Source: an uncultured bacterium
GTDB taxonomy: Bacteria > Bdellovibrionota_G > JALEGL01 > DATDPG01
DNA length: 64,000 nt
Assembly: GCA_964397255.1 (NCBI GenBank)
Contig: CAYNHQ010000001.1
Location: 275,849-339,848, forward strand
Reading direction: 5' to 3'
The position numbers were made by a program, and so were the translations under genes. A model generated the notes under the pieces. That model was not told where the DNA came from. It was given only the letters and a program-made list of their open reading frames with translations, and ran no database searches. The first letter of the stretch is position 1; each line of letters starts with the position of its first letter. Below, one piece after another: positions 19,070 through 30,200 of the stretch.

Positions 19070-20233
19070 CTAGAGAAGGTCGGTAAAGATTTGATCTGAA
19101 ACGAGAAGACCCTGGGGGGTGAGTTTCAAGTGATTCCGCTGACGAATGAGATGTCCCGTGGCTTTCCATCGTTCGACTTGCCTTAAAAAGGTGGGGGAAG
19201 GAGAAATGTCGAGGTCCTGTGTGAGTTTGTCGAGATGAATTCCTTCCTCCAATCGGAGGCCGGTCATGATTCTCTCTCGCCAATGAGTTTGAGGACTGAG
19301 AATTTCGTACTGATTGGCGGCTAGCTCTTTTTCCTCCAGAGAGTTTCGATATTTTGAAAGGTCCCGCGGATTCCAAAATCGTTTTATGCGATTGTTATTT
19401 CGTTGAAAGGAATGAGCTGAAGCACCAATTCCCCAATAATTTCCTCCGTGCCAATAATTTAGGTTATGCCGGGACTGAAATCCCGGACGTGAAGAATTGG
19501 AAAGTTCATAAGGAAAGAGCCCACGGCCGGATAGTTTCTCCCTCGTGAGGAAAAAAAAATCCGCAAAAATTTCGTCAGAAGGAAGTTTGATCACCCCACG
19601 CTTTTGTAGAGTCGCGAAAGGAGTTTTTTCTTCGACTGTCAGGGCGTATGTTGAAAGATGTTCAGGCTCCCACGAAAGACTTCGTAAAAGTGTTTGTTCC
19701 CACGATCTGAGTGTCGTTTCCGGAGAACCGAAAATGAGATCCAGACTGATGTTTGAAAAACCTCCTTTCCGTAATTGCTCGAAAGCTTTCTCTGAATCAT
19801 TGGCTGAATGAGTTCTGCCGAGAATCTTAAGTTCGGCGTCGTCGAGCGACTGCACTCCGAGACTGGCTCGATTGATTCCGATGGTTTGCCAATCACGAGC
19901 CCGATCGGTCGTAACCGTTTCCGGATTGATTTCGAGTGTAACTTCAACCTCCTTTTCAAAAGAAAATTTGTTTTGAAGGGCGGAAAAGACTTTCTCCAAT
20001 TCACTGGGTAACAGGAGGCTGGGAGTTCCCCCACCGAAAAAAATCGAGCTCACTTTGGATTCTCCGCTCCAACCAAATCTCTCGGATTGAGATATTTCAC
20101 TTATCAGCCAAGTGACGTATTGCGACGGAGATTGCCGCTTGGAGAGTGTGACGACAAAAAAGTCACAATAGGGGCAGTGGACCTGGCAGTAGGGGATATG
20201 AACGTAAATTCCTATGCCCGCTTTACACCCCAT
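19070..20233 (-). CDS. hemW: Radical SAM heme chaperone HemW / coproporphyrinogen-III-oxidase-like (HemN family); start taken at MGCKAGIGIYVHIPYC
   Basis: IYVHIPYCQVHCPYCDF (CX3CX2C); HemN C-terminal domain; conserved hemW-hrcA synteny as in Bacillus. Confidence 0.8.
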   Translation of the reverse strand: MGCKAGIGIYVHIPYCQVHCPYCDFFVVTLSKRQSPSQYVTWLISEISQSERFGWSGESKVSSIFFGGGTPSLLLPSELEKVFSALQNKFSFEKEVEVTLEINPETVTTDRARDWQTIGINRASLGVQSLDDAELKILGRTHSANDSEKAFEQLRKGGFSNISLDLIFGSPETTLRSWEQTLLRSLSWEPEHLSTYALTVEEKTPFATLQKRGVIKLPSDEIFADFFFLTREKLSGRGLFPYELSNSSRPGFQSRHNLNYWHGGNYWGIGASAHSFQRNNNRIKRFWNPRDLSKYRNSLEEKELAANQYEILSPQTHWRERIMTGLRLEEGIHLDKLTQDLDISPSPTFLRQVERWKATGHLIRQRNHLKLTPQGLLVSDQIFTDLL

Positions 20234-20260
20234 ACCTTCTTCGGTAGCTTGCCGCCCCTT

Positions 20261-22837
20261 ATGGCTACGGACTCCCACCGAGCTCAGAAATGGGCTTTCC
20301 CTTCCGGATTGATCCTGGTTCATGAGCGCACGCCTTCGTATCCGGCGGTGGCGTATCACCTCTGGGTTAAGGTGGGAAGCGCCTTTGAAGCGCCGACCGA
20401 AGCGGGCGTATCGCATTTTCTCGAACATATGCTCTTTAAGGGGACCGAGTCGCGCGATAGCGTTGCTCTAAACGACGCGATAGAAAATTTTGGGGGAAAC
20501 ATCAACGCGTTCACCACGTTTGATTACACCGCGTATCACATGGTTCTCTCGAGTCGGTTTTGGAAAGAGGGACTTTCGATACTTCTCGATATGGTCTTTC
20601 ATTCCCTTCTGGATGAGGAAGATATGGAGATTGAACGCCAAGTGATTCTGGAGGAAATTCGAGAATCGGAAGATTCACTCGACTCCGTTTTCGGCGATCG
20701 CTTTTTTCACGATCTTTACCCGAACCATGGATATGGGCGTCCTATTTTTGGAACCATGGACGGCATCCGATCCTTTTCTCATCCCCTCATGACCGGCTTT
20801 TACAAACGGTGGTACAAACCGGGGAATATTGTTTTGGCGGTGGCGGGTGATGTCGATTGGCCACAATTGATCGAGGCCGTAAACGAGTTCGTACCGGAAG
20901 TAGCGACGAAGGAAACATTCGTGGCCTCTCCATTTGAATCGACCCGCCCGCTGGAAGTCCCGACCGTTACCACTCTGTCGCGTGGGCATGAGGAGCGAAT
21001 GTTGGAGCTTGCCTTCCCGATCCCAAGCATTCGCCACGCCGATATTCCGGCACTCGATTTGCTCTCTATTATATTGGGTGAAGGGGGAATGAGCCGCCTC
21101 TATCGTGAAATTCGGCTAAAACGACAGCTGGCGCGCGATGTCGGAAGTAGTCTTTTCGCGCCCTTCCAGGCGGGGCGATTTCTTCTTCGTGCACTCCCAT
21201 ATCGAGAAACGCAAAAGGAGCTTCTCGAAGAATTAATTTTGCAGCTCCGAATTTTAATCAACGAGGGGGTTTCGACCCGGGAATTGAATCAGGCGAAGTT
21301 GGAACTCGATAAAGAACTCGTCTTTAACGACGAAACCGTAGAGGGAAGAGCCCGTACGCTGGCATATTACGAATCGACTTTCGGTTCGCTGGAAGAGGAA
21401 CTTCACTATCGGGATCGCGTGTTTGCCATCAACGAACGACAGATGGGGGAGGTCGCGCGAAAGTATATTGATCTTCGAAAAATGTCGTTAGGGCTGTTGA
21501 TTCCTGCGTCGGAAACGGCACCCCAAGAAAGTGAGTTAAAAGAAATCATCTCGACCGCTACCCAGCGTCGGTTGCCCGGCAGAGCCCTCGGACGAAAGAC
21601 GGAAGAAGCCGAACGCTGGCAATTGCCCAACGGATTGAAACTGGTTTACCGCCAAGTGCCTGACATTCGAGTATCGAGTATTTACGCGGCGGCAATTGGC
21701 GGGCTGTGGGCGGAGAATGCTACTAGCAACGGAATTTCAAATCTCATTTCAGCGACGCTTGACCGCGGAACCATCAACCGCTCCGATGAGCGAATTGCGG
21801 AGGAAATGACGACGCTTCAAGGTGAGTTAAGTGGGGTGGTGGGGCTAAATTCTCTGGGTCTTAAGATGGATTTGGTGGGGGCTAATCTTTTGCCGGCGCT
21901 GGAACTTTTTGCGGATGTCTTGCTCAACCCCGAATTCGCTCAGGAAATGATCGATCAGGAGCGAATGGCCACTCTTCGCGATATCGAAGCCCAAAAAGAT
22001 TATTTTGAATCCACCGGGATTAATTTATTTCTAGCGTCGCTGTTCAAAGGCCATCCATATGGAATGAATATTTTAGGCAGCCGAGAAACCATTGAAAAGC
22101 TGACGAGCGAAACACTTTGGAATCATTTTCGATCGGTGATCCGCCCCGAACGGTTGGTCTTGGGAATTGTGGGAGGCGTAGATCCTGGGGAGCTCAAAGA
22201 GGAAATCAACGCCATTTTCTCCGAGGTTCGCGGCGAAGGGGAAGCGATTCAAATCGCTCCGGCACTAGCACCTTTGGGGGGAATGCAGGAAATTCGACGG
22301 CCCATTCAAGGCGAAAAGGCCTATCTTTATTATGGTTTCCGTGGAGCTTTGCAGACCTCGGCCGATCGGTATGCGCTCGATGTGGTGAGCGCACTCTTGG
22401 CCAGCAGTGGGGGAGGGAGACTGTACGTCCGATTGCGTGAGGAATTGGGAATGGTTTACTCGGTTGAGGCGAATGCCGTACATGGAATGGATACCGGATA
22501 TATCGGAGTCATTCTCAACACGGCCCCCGCACATGTGGACGTGGCGCTTGAGGAGGTAAAAAACCAACTCGATCTTTTGACCCGCGAAACTGTAATGGAG
22601 GAAGAAATCGCTCGTGTGAAGAATTATCTAATTGGAAGTTACGATCTTGATCTTCAAAGAAGCGCTTCACAAGCGGCGCAACTATCGCTGGGTGAACTCT
22701 TCGGTACCGACCGCAAGCTAGGCGATTACATCAAAGGAATTTCCAACGTCACCACAGAAGACATCCAACTTGTCGCCCGCAAATACTTCCTCCCCAATGA
22801 ATCCATCTTCGTTCTTTTATCCCCTACGGTGAATTAG
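20261..22837 (+). CDS. Tandem M16 (insulinase/pitrilysin-family) zinc peptidase; start taken at MATDS
   Basis: HFLEHMLFKGT (inverted zinc motif HxxEH), two M16 modules; ~858 aa; the track ORF begins at a TTG at 20087 that is probably not the start. Confidence 0.8.
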   Translation: MATDSHRAQKWAFPSGLILVHERTPSYPAVAYHLWVKVGSAFEAPTEAGVSHFLEHMLFKGTESRDSVALNDAIENFGGNINAFTTFDYTAYHMVLSSRFWKEGLSILLDMVFHSLLDEEDMEIERQVILEEIRESEDSLDSVFGDRFFHDLYPNHGYGRPIFGTMDGIRSFSHPLMTGFYKRWYKPGNIVLAVAGDVDWPQLIEAVNEFVPEVATKETFVASPFESTRPLEVPTVTTLSRGHEERMLELAFPIPSIRHADIPALDLLSIILGEGGMSRLYREIRLKRQLARDVGSSLFAPFQAGRFLLRALPYRETQKELLEELILQLRILINEGVSTRELNQAKLELDKELVFNDETVEGRARTLAYYESTFGSLEEELHYRDRVFAINERQMGEVARKYIDLRKMSLGLLIPASETAPQESELKEIISTATQRRLPGRALGRKTEEAERWQLPNGLKLVYRQVPDIRVSSIYAAAIGGLWAENATSNGISNLISATLDRGTINRSDERIAEEMTTLQGELSGVVGLNSLGLKMDLVGANLLPALELFADVLLNPEFAQEMIDQERMATLRDIEAQKDYFESTGINLFLASLFKGHPYGMNILGSRETIEKLTSETLWNHFRSVIRPERLVLGIVGGVDPGELKEEINAIFSEVRGEGEAIQIAPALAPLGGMQEIRRPIQGEKAYLYYGFRGALQTSADRYALDVVSALLASSGGGRLYVRLREELGMVYSVEANAVHGMDTGYIGVILNTAPAHVDVALEEVKNQLDLLTRETVMEEEIARVKNYLIGSYDLDLQRSASQAAQLSLGELFGTDRKLGDYIKGISNVTTEDIQLVARKYFLPNESIFVLLSPTVN

Positions 22838-24558
22838 TTCGATTCACCCCACTTCGCGACTAGATCGGGGCGGATGAGGATGACGAGGTCTTGGGAACCG
22901 GTGACGCTATAGACCTGGCGCGTAAAATAGTAGCGAATATCATTGGCAAGAGATTCTTTCTTCGGATCTGGAACCCACCACTCGCGGAGTTTGCATCGTT
23001 CTTCGTGGTAGCCGGGGAAAAGAGGAATTTTCGTTTCGCGACCTGTCCAGTCCACCACAACGATGTCGGGTTTTTTGTCCGGCTCAAGCGTGGGGTAAAA
23101 CCAGCGGGTGTAGTTTCTCAAATACCAATAAAGTGGCCAGGCGGAATCGCCGTTGACCTGAATTTTCAATTCTTTTCCCTCTTTCGTTTCCTTCGCGAGG
23201 CGATCAATCCGATTTACGAGCCGAACGACTTCGGTCGAAGTATGCGTGTAAACGAGGCGTTCCTTTGGATCAGCTGCGTGTGTAACGGCCGCTTGAATCG
23301 TAATGTATCCCTGCCAAATAGCGACAACGGTAAACAGTACCCCCATTCGAACTTTCTTTATTTTCGACCAGGTTTGAAATCGGATAGCGAGATGACAAGC
23401 GGCATAAAATGAGAATGGGAAAATAATATGGGTTCCCAGCCAGGGGACTTTTTCACCCGCATACGAGTAAGCAAGAAGAGAAGTAAATCCCCAATGGGCA
23501 AAAAAGGCGGGCCCATATTCCTCCCGTTTCAAGTGATAGGTGACCACCATTCCCCACGCCAGCACTTCCAGAAGTGCAAGAGGGGCATGCCAGGGTTCAG
23601 TAAAATGAAATTTTTGATCCATTATTGTAGAGAGGACAGCCCATTTCGCTTGAAAAACCCAGAGAAGCAAAAAAGCGGCTGCAAGAGTGACTCCCGTAAT
23701 TCGAGAGCGCTTTACTGTCGAATTCGCGGCATGCAGAACACCAAGCGATAAAACAAAAAGAAGCGGGAGTTCATAAATGGCCAGCATGGGCAGGTAGTAG
23801 TCGAATGGCCCTTTAATTCGCTGAATTTTATTTTGTTCTATCCAGTAGGGAATCATTCGGCGGTAAAGAGCGTCGAGAATTCCACCCGGATTTGTGAAAA
23901 ACGTTGAATACAGTGTGCAAAAAATGAGAGTGAAAAGTAAAAATCCCGGCAGCCAATGCCAACGAAGCGAGCGAAGAGGGCGTTTCAATTCAATCGCGGC
24001 GCGCGCCGAGGGTAGGGCGAAAAAAGTGATGACCGAAGCGGACACAAAAATAAAGTTAAGCTTTGTGCAGACCATCAGAGCATAAGCCGCGACAGCCGTA
24101 TAAAAAAATTTCAGTTTTCCTGAGTCCGAAAAACGAAAGGCGCTCCATAGGAGAAGGGCGGTCAAAAACATCATCGGTGTATCCATGGCCAGGTAGCGAT
24201 GGTAGAAGGCCAACGTGGGGGAGAATGCAAAGAACCCGAGCCAAATCAACGCCGCGAGTGGGAAGAAAGACAGAAGCGAATATCCGAGGTATGCGGTGCT
24301 CATCGCCATGGCCGCCATCGACAAACGGCCGGTAAAATTGTTTACAGGAAGAACTTTAAAGATCGCTGCCTGCACATGATAGAGGAAAGGGCCATGTAGC
24401 ATCGGATCAAACTTATACGTTCCATGCTCCGCATATTTCCATGATTCAACCGCGTGAATCGATTCGTCGTGGTGATACGGTTTATCGGCAAGACCCCAGA
24501 GACGGGAAACGAGAAAAAAGCCGATGAAAAAGAAAAGAAGTTTTCGGCTTATCGCCAT
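22834..24558 (-). CDS. Membrane glycosyltransferase of the PMT/ArnT (GT39/GT83) family
   Basis: N-terminal loop PYHHDESIHAVESW with DE motif; more than 10 TM segments; 574 aa. Confidence 0.6.
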   Translation of the reverse strand: MAISRKLLFFFIGFFLVSRLWGLADKPYHHDESIHAVESWKYAEHGTYKFDPMLHGPFLYHVQAAIFKVLPVNNFTGRLSMAAMAMSTAYLGYSLLSFFPLAALIWLGFFAFSPTLAFYHRYLAMDTPMMFLTALLLWSAFRFSDSGKLKFFYTAVAAYALMVCTKLNFIFVSASVITFFALPSARAAIELKRPLRSLRWHWLPGFLLFTLIFCTLYSTFFTNPGGILDALYRRMIPYWIEQNKIQRIKGPFDYYLPMLAIYELPLLFVLSLGVLHAANSTVKRSRITGVTLAAAFLLLWVFQAKWAVLSTIMDQKFHFTEPWHAPLALLEVLAWGMVVTYHLKREEYGPAFFAHWGFTSLLAYSYAGEKVPWLGTHIIFPFSFYAACHLAIRFQTWSKIKKVRMGVLFTVVAIWQGYITIQAAVTHAADPKERLVYTHTSTEVVRLVNRIDRLAKETKEGKELKIQVNGDSAWPLYWYLRNYTRWFYPTLEPDKKPDIVVVDWTGRETKIPLFPGYHEERCKLREWWVPDPKKESLANDIRYYFTRQVYSVTGSQDLVILIRPDLVAKWGESN

Positions 24559-24821
24559 TTTTTTAAAATTTCTTCATCGAAATGCTTCCGGTAGAGAATG
24601 TCCCATTCCCTACTGCCTTCGACAAGATTCCGCGAATAGGTGCTGAGCTTTTTACGAACAATCGCGTCGACCTCATCTTCAAGGTGGGAGTATTTGGTCA
24701 AAATTTCCTTGGCTGTTTTGACCGCCGCGACGTTATCCGCAAATTGAATCCATCCTGCGCGTGAAATTCCATCTGTCAAAAGATGGGAGAGATGAGAAAT
24801 TTTATCTTCGGAAAGTCTCAC
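24549..24821 (-). CDS. Small conserved protein, DUF507-like (paralog 2)
   Basis: Paralogous to the adjacent ORF (LSEDKISHLSHLL.../EDEVDAIVRKKLSTY vs LRPEEIERIIDRLL.../EDEINAEVEKILSKY). Confidence 0.4.
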   Translation of the reverse strand: MRLSEDKISHLSHLLTDGISRAGWIQFADNVAAVKTAKEILTKYSHLEDEVDAIVRKKLSTYSRNLVEGSREWDILYRKHFDEEILKKWR

Positions 24822-25099
24822 AAAATCGCCTTACGCTCTTTGACTAACTGGTTTTTGACCATCAAAAACATCTTTCGTCGGTCCAACGCCCCTTTTTCAA
24901 ATTCCTTTTCATACTTGGAAAGAATTTTCTCTACTTCGGCATTGATTTCATCCTCCACACGAAGCTCTCGGGAGAATATATCGATCAATTGAGTTCGAAT
25001 TTGTGATTCGGGCCCTTTAAAGGTCGCTTGTTTTCGAGTTTTCCACTCTGCAAGTAGCCTATCGATAATTCGTTCAATTTCTTCCGGCCGAAGTTTCAC
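24818..25099 (-). CDS. Small conserved protein, DUF507-like (paralog 1)
   Basis: Tandem paralog with a 4-nt overlap; helical, charged. Confidence 0.4.
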   Translation of the reverse strand: MKLRPEEIERIIDRLLAEWKTRKQATFKGPESQIRTQLIDIFSRELRVEDEINAEVEKILSKYEKEFEKGALDRRKMFLMVKNQLVKERKAIL

Positions 25100-25103
25100 A
25101 CGC

Positions 25104-26270
25104 TCAGCCTAACCTCGCCCAAACCCCCTGTCCAATGGGTGCAATCTGCCCGCAGAGGACGGGAGCGCGGGCGCCGGTTGCTTTAGGTTCATTGATTGTG
25201 CGGCCACGCATCGTTTCAATGGCAAGGAGGGCGAAGGCAATCCCTTCGATTTGGTCGACAGGAAGTCCATAAGCTTCTGAAGTGGTTACCTCGAGCCAAG
25301 GTAGCCTTTCGGTAAGCGAACGCATCAGAAATAAATTTTTTGCTCCACCACCTACGACCACAACTTTCTTCAGTCGGGCCGCTGGAAAGATAAATTGTTC
25401 ATATGCGCGAGCTGTCGCTTCAACCGTGGCATAAGTCACCGTTGCCACAGAGTCGGCAACAGAAAGTTTCTGAAGAGAAGAGCGAAAACGATTTAAAAAT
25501 TGGCTCCCAAAATTTTCCCAGCCGGCCGATTTGGGCGGAGAGCGTCTAAAGTAAGGATGCGAAAAAAGTTTTTTGGCGATCGCGAGGTTGGGTGATCCGC
25601 GGCGGGCCAGTTCGCCACTTCGATCAAATGCCTTCCCTATTCTCCATCGAACAACTTGATCGATCCAGGTGTTCCCGGGGCCCGTATCAAAAGCGAGTAA
25701 AACAGAACCGTTTCTAAGAAGTGTGACATTTCCGATTCCCCCCATGTTTTGAATGGCGAGAGTTTCTCCTTTTTTTCCGAAGAGCAGGCGGTGAGCCGCA
25801 GGAGCGAGAGGGGCTCCCTCTCCACCCACGGCGATATCGGCTGTTCGGAAATTTCCGACGACAGGAATTCCTGTTCGAACCGAAAGTCGAGAAAGGTCCG
25901 CGAGTTGAATCGTGATACCAATGGGGTAACCAAATAGTTTTTTCGGCGTAGGAAGATGAACGACCGTCTGTCCATGCGCGCCGATCACATCCACGTGGTG
26001 TGATCCTTGTTTACTTTTTCGAATAAGGTCGCGAACCAATTGCGCCGAAAATTCCGACCAAGAGGCCGCAAAGCGATAACCGTTTCGTAGTTCATCGTGA
26101 GTGGCAATCGCTCGAACAAATTCCTTCCAACCCCTTGGAAAGGAGCGAAAGAGATGGCCACGCACTCGAACCTTATATCCGTTTCCTTCCGGCGTCGCAT
26201 CGATCCATACTCCGTCCAATCCATCGAGTGAACTTCCCGACATGAGGCCAATTGCGGAAATTCGTTTCAT
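25104..26270 (-). CDS. anmK: Anhydro-N-acetylmuramic acid kinase
   Basis: N-terminus IGLMSGSSLDGLDGVWID, 388 aa, ASKHA fold pattern. Confidence 0.8.
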   Translation of the reverse strand: MKRISAIGLMSGSSLDGLDGVWIDATPEGNGYKVRVRGHLFRSFPRGWKEFVRAIATHDELRNGYRFAASWSEFSAQLVRDLIRKSKQGSHHVDVIGAHGQTVVHLPTPKKLFGYPIGITIQLADLSRLSVRTGIPVVGNFRTADIAVGGEGAPLAPAAHRLLFGKKGETLAIQNMGGIGNVTLLRNGSVLLAFDTGPGNTWIDQVVRWRIGKAFDRSGELARRGSPNLAIAKKLFSHPYFRRSPPKSAGWENFGSQFLNRFRSSLQKLSVADSVATVTYATVEATARAYEQFIFPAARLKKVVVVGGGAKNLFLMRSLTERLPWLEVTTSEAYGLPVDQIEGIAFALLAIETMRGRTINEPKATGARAPVLCGQIAPIGQGVWARLG

Positions 26271-27226
26271 CCCAACACCAAGTCGAGCGAAGGTCCGGTA
26301 GAAATGGTGAATTCTTTACTGGCTTTAAGCAGGTCGCCATCCAACATGGGTCGCATTGCCTTTTGCAATTTGATGAGTACTTTTTTCGCAGGCAACTGTT
26401 CAATTTTCGGATCACTGATCGGTTCTCCCCGATACATTTTGGGCAAATCAAACAAAAGAGAACGGGGCGAAGTATGAAAGACCAGTAAGCCGAATTCATG
26501 AGGCGCCCCCTCGGCACCGTAAAAAGGCTTAAATCCGAATCCAATATGACGAACAGTAGATGCCGCGATATTAGTTACATCTCGCTTGGAGTACCAAGGC
26601 TGACCATCTCGCCAGAGTGAAACGGGGAAGGGTTGAAACATGGTTTCGGCCAAAGAACCTCTTACCATCGCTGACAAAACGGTTTGTGTCACGAGCGTGA
26701 AACCATAACGGGGAGTTGGGTCTGGATGCGAAGTGTAATGTTCGATGAACCGCGAAAACCCACCCACTCCGAAGATAAATCCGTATTGATGATTTACGCG
26801 CAATAAATAACGCTGAGTCGTCGCGAGAGGGAGTTTTCGTCGGATCCGATCAAGCAGGACCAGCAAATGCTCAACCGGCGGCCGAATAATACCGACACTC
26901 GTGGCCACCGTGTTCATCGTTCCTCCACGAAGAATCGCGATCCGAGGGAGCCTCTTTCGGCCGTAAGCTTCCACGAGTTGTGTGAGCGTTTGACGAAGTG
27001 TGCCGTCACCGCCGCAAATAAAAAGAATCTGCGGATTGGCCCGAAGAACATCATCCATGGCCGAAGGAAGTTCACCGGGGCTGTTGCTCATGATGAGAGG
27101 GCCGATCTCTCCAAATGCGGATTGGAGCCGGTCCAAGAAGTCAGATTCTTTTCTCGCTTTGCGCGAACGAATGTTGACGAGGAGCGCCAACTTATCTTGT
27201 GCTGATTTGCGAGAGCCTCGCACCAT
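26267..27226 (-). CDS. Diacylglycerol/lipid kinase family protein (DAGK catalytic domain)
   Basis: LFICGGDGTLRQ (GGDGT) motif; ~320 aa. Confidence 0.65.
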   Translation of the reverse strand: MVRGSRKSAQDKLALLVNIRSRKARKESDFLDRLQSAFGEIGPLIMSNSPGELPSAMDDVLRANPQILFICGGDGTLRQTLTQLVEAYGRKRLPRIAILRGGTMNTVATSVGIIRPPVEHLLVLLDRIRRKLPLATTQRYLLRVNHQYGFIFGVGGFSRFIEHYTSHPDPTPRYGFTLVTQTVLSAMVRGSLAETMFQPFPVSLWRDGQPWYSKRDVTNIAASTVRHIGFGFKPFYGAEGAPHEFGLLVFHTSPRSLLFDLPKMYRGEPISDPKIEQLPAKKVLIKLQKAMRPMLDGDLLKASKEFTISTGPSLDLVLG

Positions 27227-27263
27227 CCGTTATCAAATCGTGTTCCCGTGGGGATGACAAGAA

Positions 27264-30200
27264 TTAGGGAAGAGCACCCGATTCCCAGTCCTTGACCGCT
27301 TTAGCCATGACGGTTTGCAGTCTGCTTTCCGTCTCTTGAAAGATACGTTTCGGTGTTTCCTCATCCCTATCTTTTTTTCGCTTCTCTTCAATTTCTTTCA
27401 GTCGATTGAGATAGGCATTTTCAATTTCAAGTTGCGCGCCCTGCTGTTCGGCTAGGGACATTGGACCGCGAAGAAGATTTCCACGCGCTTTATTTTCAAG
27501 ATTTTTTTCATTTTCATGAAAATCGCTTTGAGCGATCAATTCATCTTTATAAGCGAGAGCCGCGGTATGCCCTACGACACTCCGAAAAGCAGCCTGAGCT
27601 TCCGCAGCTTTGGTTTCAAACTTCGTTGAAGGCTCTTCCGTGGCGAGAGACTCCGCCAAGTCCTCCCATGAATGTGCGAGGCCCGCCTTTATTTTTCGTT
27701 CCTGATAGTCTCCCCAGAGCTTTTGCTCCAGTTCTCCGAGATAATGGATGAACGTGAATTCCATTACACCGACCGCGAACATCTCAAAGGGATTGAGGGT
27801 CGTCGCCGATTGAATCTTGAGAGCTGAGGAGAAGGATTCCTCTGTGCGAAGTGCTACTCGCGCGATGCGAAATCCTCTGGCAATCCCTTTTGCAGCCGCA
27901 TGCGAGATCAGAACGTTTGGAACTCCGGCAAGAGCCGCCTTCCATTGAAACCCCTCTCCCATTAAAAAGGGGGCGCCTGCAAGAGCGATCCATAGTGGAA
28001 CCATACGCGCCGACATTGCTCCGATTCCCGCTCCTGCCGCTTTTGGAATCACGATATTGCTCAGACCCTGGAGTCGCCTGACTCCTTGATATCCACCGAC
28101 ATAGATGAATTCTCCCGCCGTTCCGGCGATTCCAAGAGCCGCCGCCTCTGCAATTAGATGTCGAACCTCATTCCAATCCCTCCAGCTTTTAAGTTTTTCA
28201 AAATCCCGATCGATCAACGCAACCAGCACATCGGAGGCCAGTTTGGTTGTCACATATCCAGCTCCAGACTTCGCGATTTCTTTCGTAGCCGGAGAAAGCG
28301 ATCGAAGAAGCCGGATCGCCTGTACGGGGTCAATGCCGCTGTTGAGTTGAATTCCTATTTTCTTTGGACTTACTTTTGCCTTGGCAAGAAGGGGACGGAA
28401 CGTATCAAGGATCTGATCGCCCTGTTTGAATTCTAGGGTTTCATCTTCACGAAGGTCTACCCGTATTTTCCCCGTGGGAGCTTTTTTTGAGACAAAACAT
28501 TTCGCTAAGGGATTTTCAATCCAATTTTGGATGAGTCTTCGCAGAGGTCTGGCACCAAAGAGGGGGTCATATCCTTCGCGGGCCAAGAGAGCGAGAGTTC
28601 CCTCCGTTGGCTCGATCTCTATATTTTTCTCGGCTAGACGGCGGTTGACACTTTGAATTTGAAGTTTGGCAATTTGGCGCACCTCCTCTGGAGAGAGTTG
28701 ATTGAAAGGAACCACTTCGTCGATTCGATTAATGAATTCAGGTTTGAATTTTTCCGCAATCGCATCCGTAATCGCTTTTTGGACGGGGTCTTTGGGCGCA
28801 TCCTCTGCCGACATCGCCGAATCACGCATTTTTCGAACCAACGCCTGGGCCGATTTTTCTTCTTCGGCCATAGCGAATCCGATTCCTTTTCTACGCTGGG
28901 TCACTTCGCGAATCCGGTCACTGCCGATATTCGACGTCATGATGATGATCGTATTTTTGAAATCTACCGTTCGCCCTTTTCCGTCGGTCAGGCGGCCATC
29001 CTCAAACAACTGAAGAAAGAGCTGAAAGACATCCGGGTGAGCCTTTTCAATCTCATCCAATAAGATTACTTGGTGAGGTCGTCGACGAACGGCTTCCGTC
29101 AATTGCCCTCCCTCTTCATGTCCTATGTAGCCAGGAGGAGAGCCGATCATTCGAGCGACCGAATGTTTCTCCATGAATTCCGACATGTCGAACCGCGACA
29201 TATTTCGTTCGTTTCCGAAAATGGTTTCGGCGAGCGCTTTCACCAGCTCCGTTTTTCCGACGCCGGTCGGACCGACAAAAAGAAAAACCGGCGGTCGGTT
29301 AGGATCTTGGAGACCCGTTCTCATTCGGCGAATCGCATTCGCCACCGCAGAAATTCCTTCGCGCTGGCCGACCACTCTCTTACCCAGCTCCTCCTCTAGG
29401 TTCGAAAGTTTCGCGCTTTCTTCATTGCCGATTTGCGTGACAGGTACGCCCGTTTGCCGCGCGATCAGCTCGGCTATTTTTTCTGCGGTAACGGAGCCGG
29501 AGAGTTTAGACTGGGAAGAGGGTGTTTTAACGCTTTGCCTGCGTAAGGCCGCACGGCCTGGTTGAAGATGGTGCCGTTCAACCCAGATTGCTCCGCGGGA
29601 ATCTCCCACTGCTCGAAAAAGTTTCGCGGAATCTTCCAGCACACGAATTTGTGTCGCACGGTCGATTTGGTTCACTACTGCCTGACGTTCATCCAAGGGA
29701 GAGAGAGGCTCGGAATCCCCTTCTTGAATCCGCGTTTCTGCCGCCGCTTGATCCAGCAAATCAATCGCTTTGTCGGGAAGTTTCAATTCTTGAACATATC
29801 GATGCGAAAGTTTGGCTGCCGCTTCGATCGCCTCCGGTGTAATGCGTACGCCATGATGTTTCTCCATGGTCTTGGCTTGACGTTTTAAGATTTCGACGGT
29901 TTCGGCCACAGAGGGTTCTGGAACTTGGACGAATTTGAACCGACGGCGCAGAGCGGGATCTTTTTCGACCTCACGAAGATTAACTAGATCGGTAGCGCCG
30001 ATCATCCGGATTTCGCCGTTAGCCAAATAAGGCTTGAGGGCGTTGATGAGAGGAGCTCGTGTTCCCGAGGCCTCTCCCGCGCCCATGATTTGATGGAGCT
30101 CGTCGACAAAAAGCAAAATATCCGGCCGACTTCGTGCGAACGCGATTAATCCCGCCGCGCGCTCTTCAAATTCTCCCCGGTACATGGTGCCTGCTACCAT

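Noticed and set aside
20148-20170. CIRCE-like dyad TGTGAC-N9-GTCACA near the hrcA operon
   Set aside because: It lies inside the hemW N-terminal coding sequence and is explained by codons for CPYCDFFVVT (tgt gac ttt ttt gtc gtc aca). The arms do not match the CIRCE consensus.
20087-20260. 58-aa N-terminal extension of the M16 peptidase from a TTG start
   Set aside because: The conserved M16 N-terminus begins near MATDS...FPSGL. The extension would overlap the hemW start region and has no conserved features.
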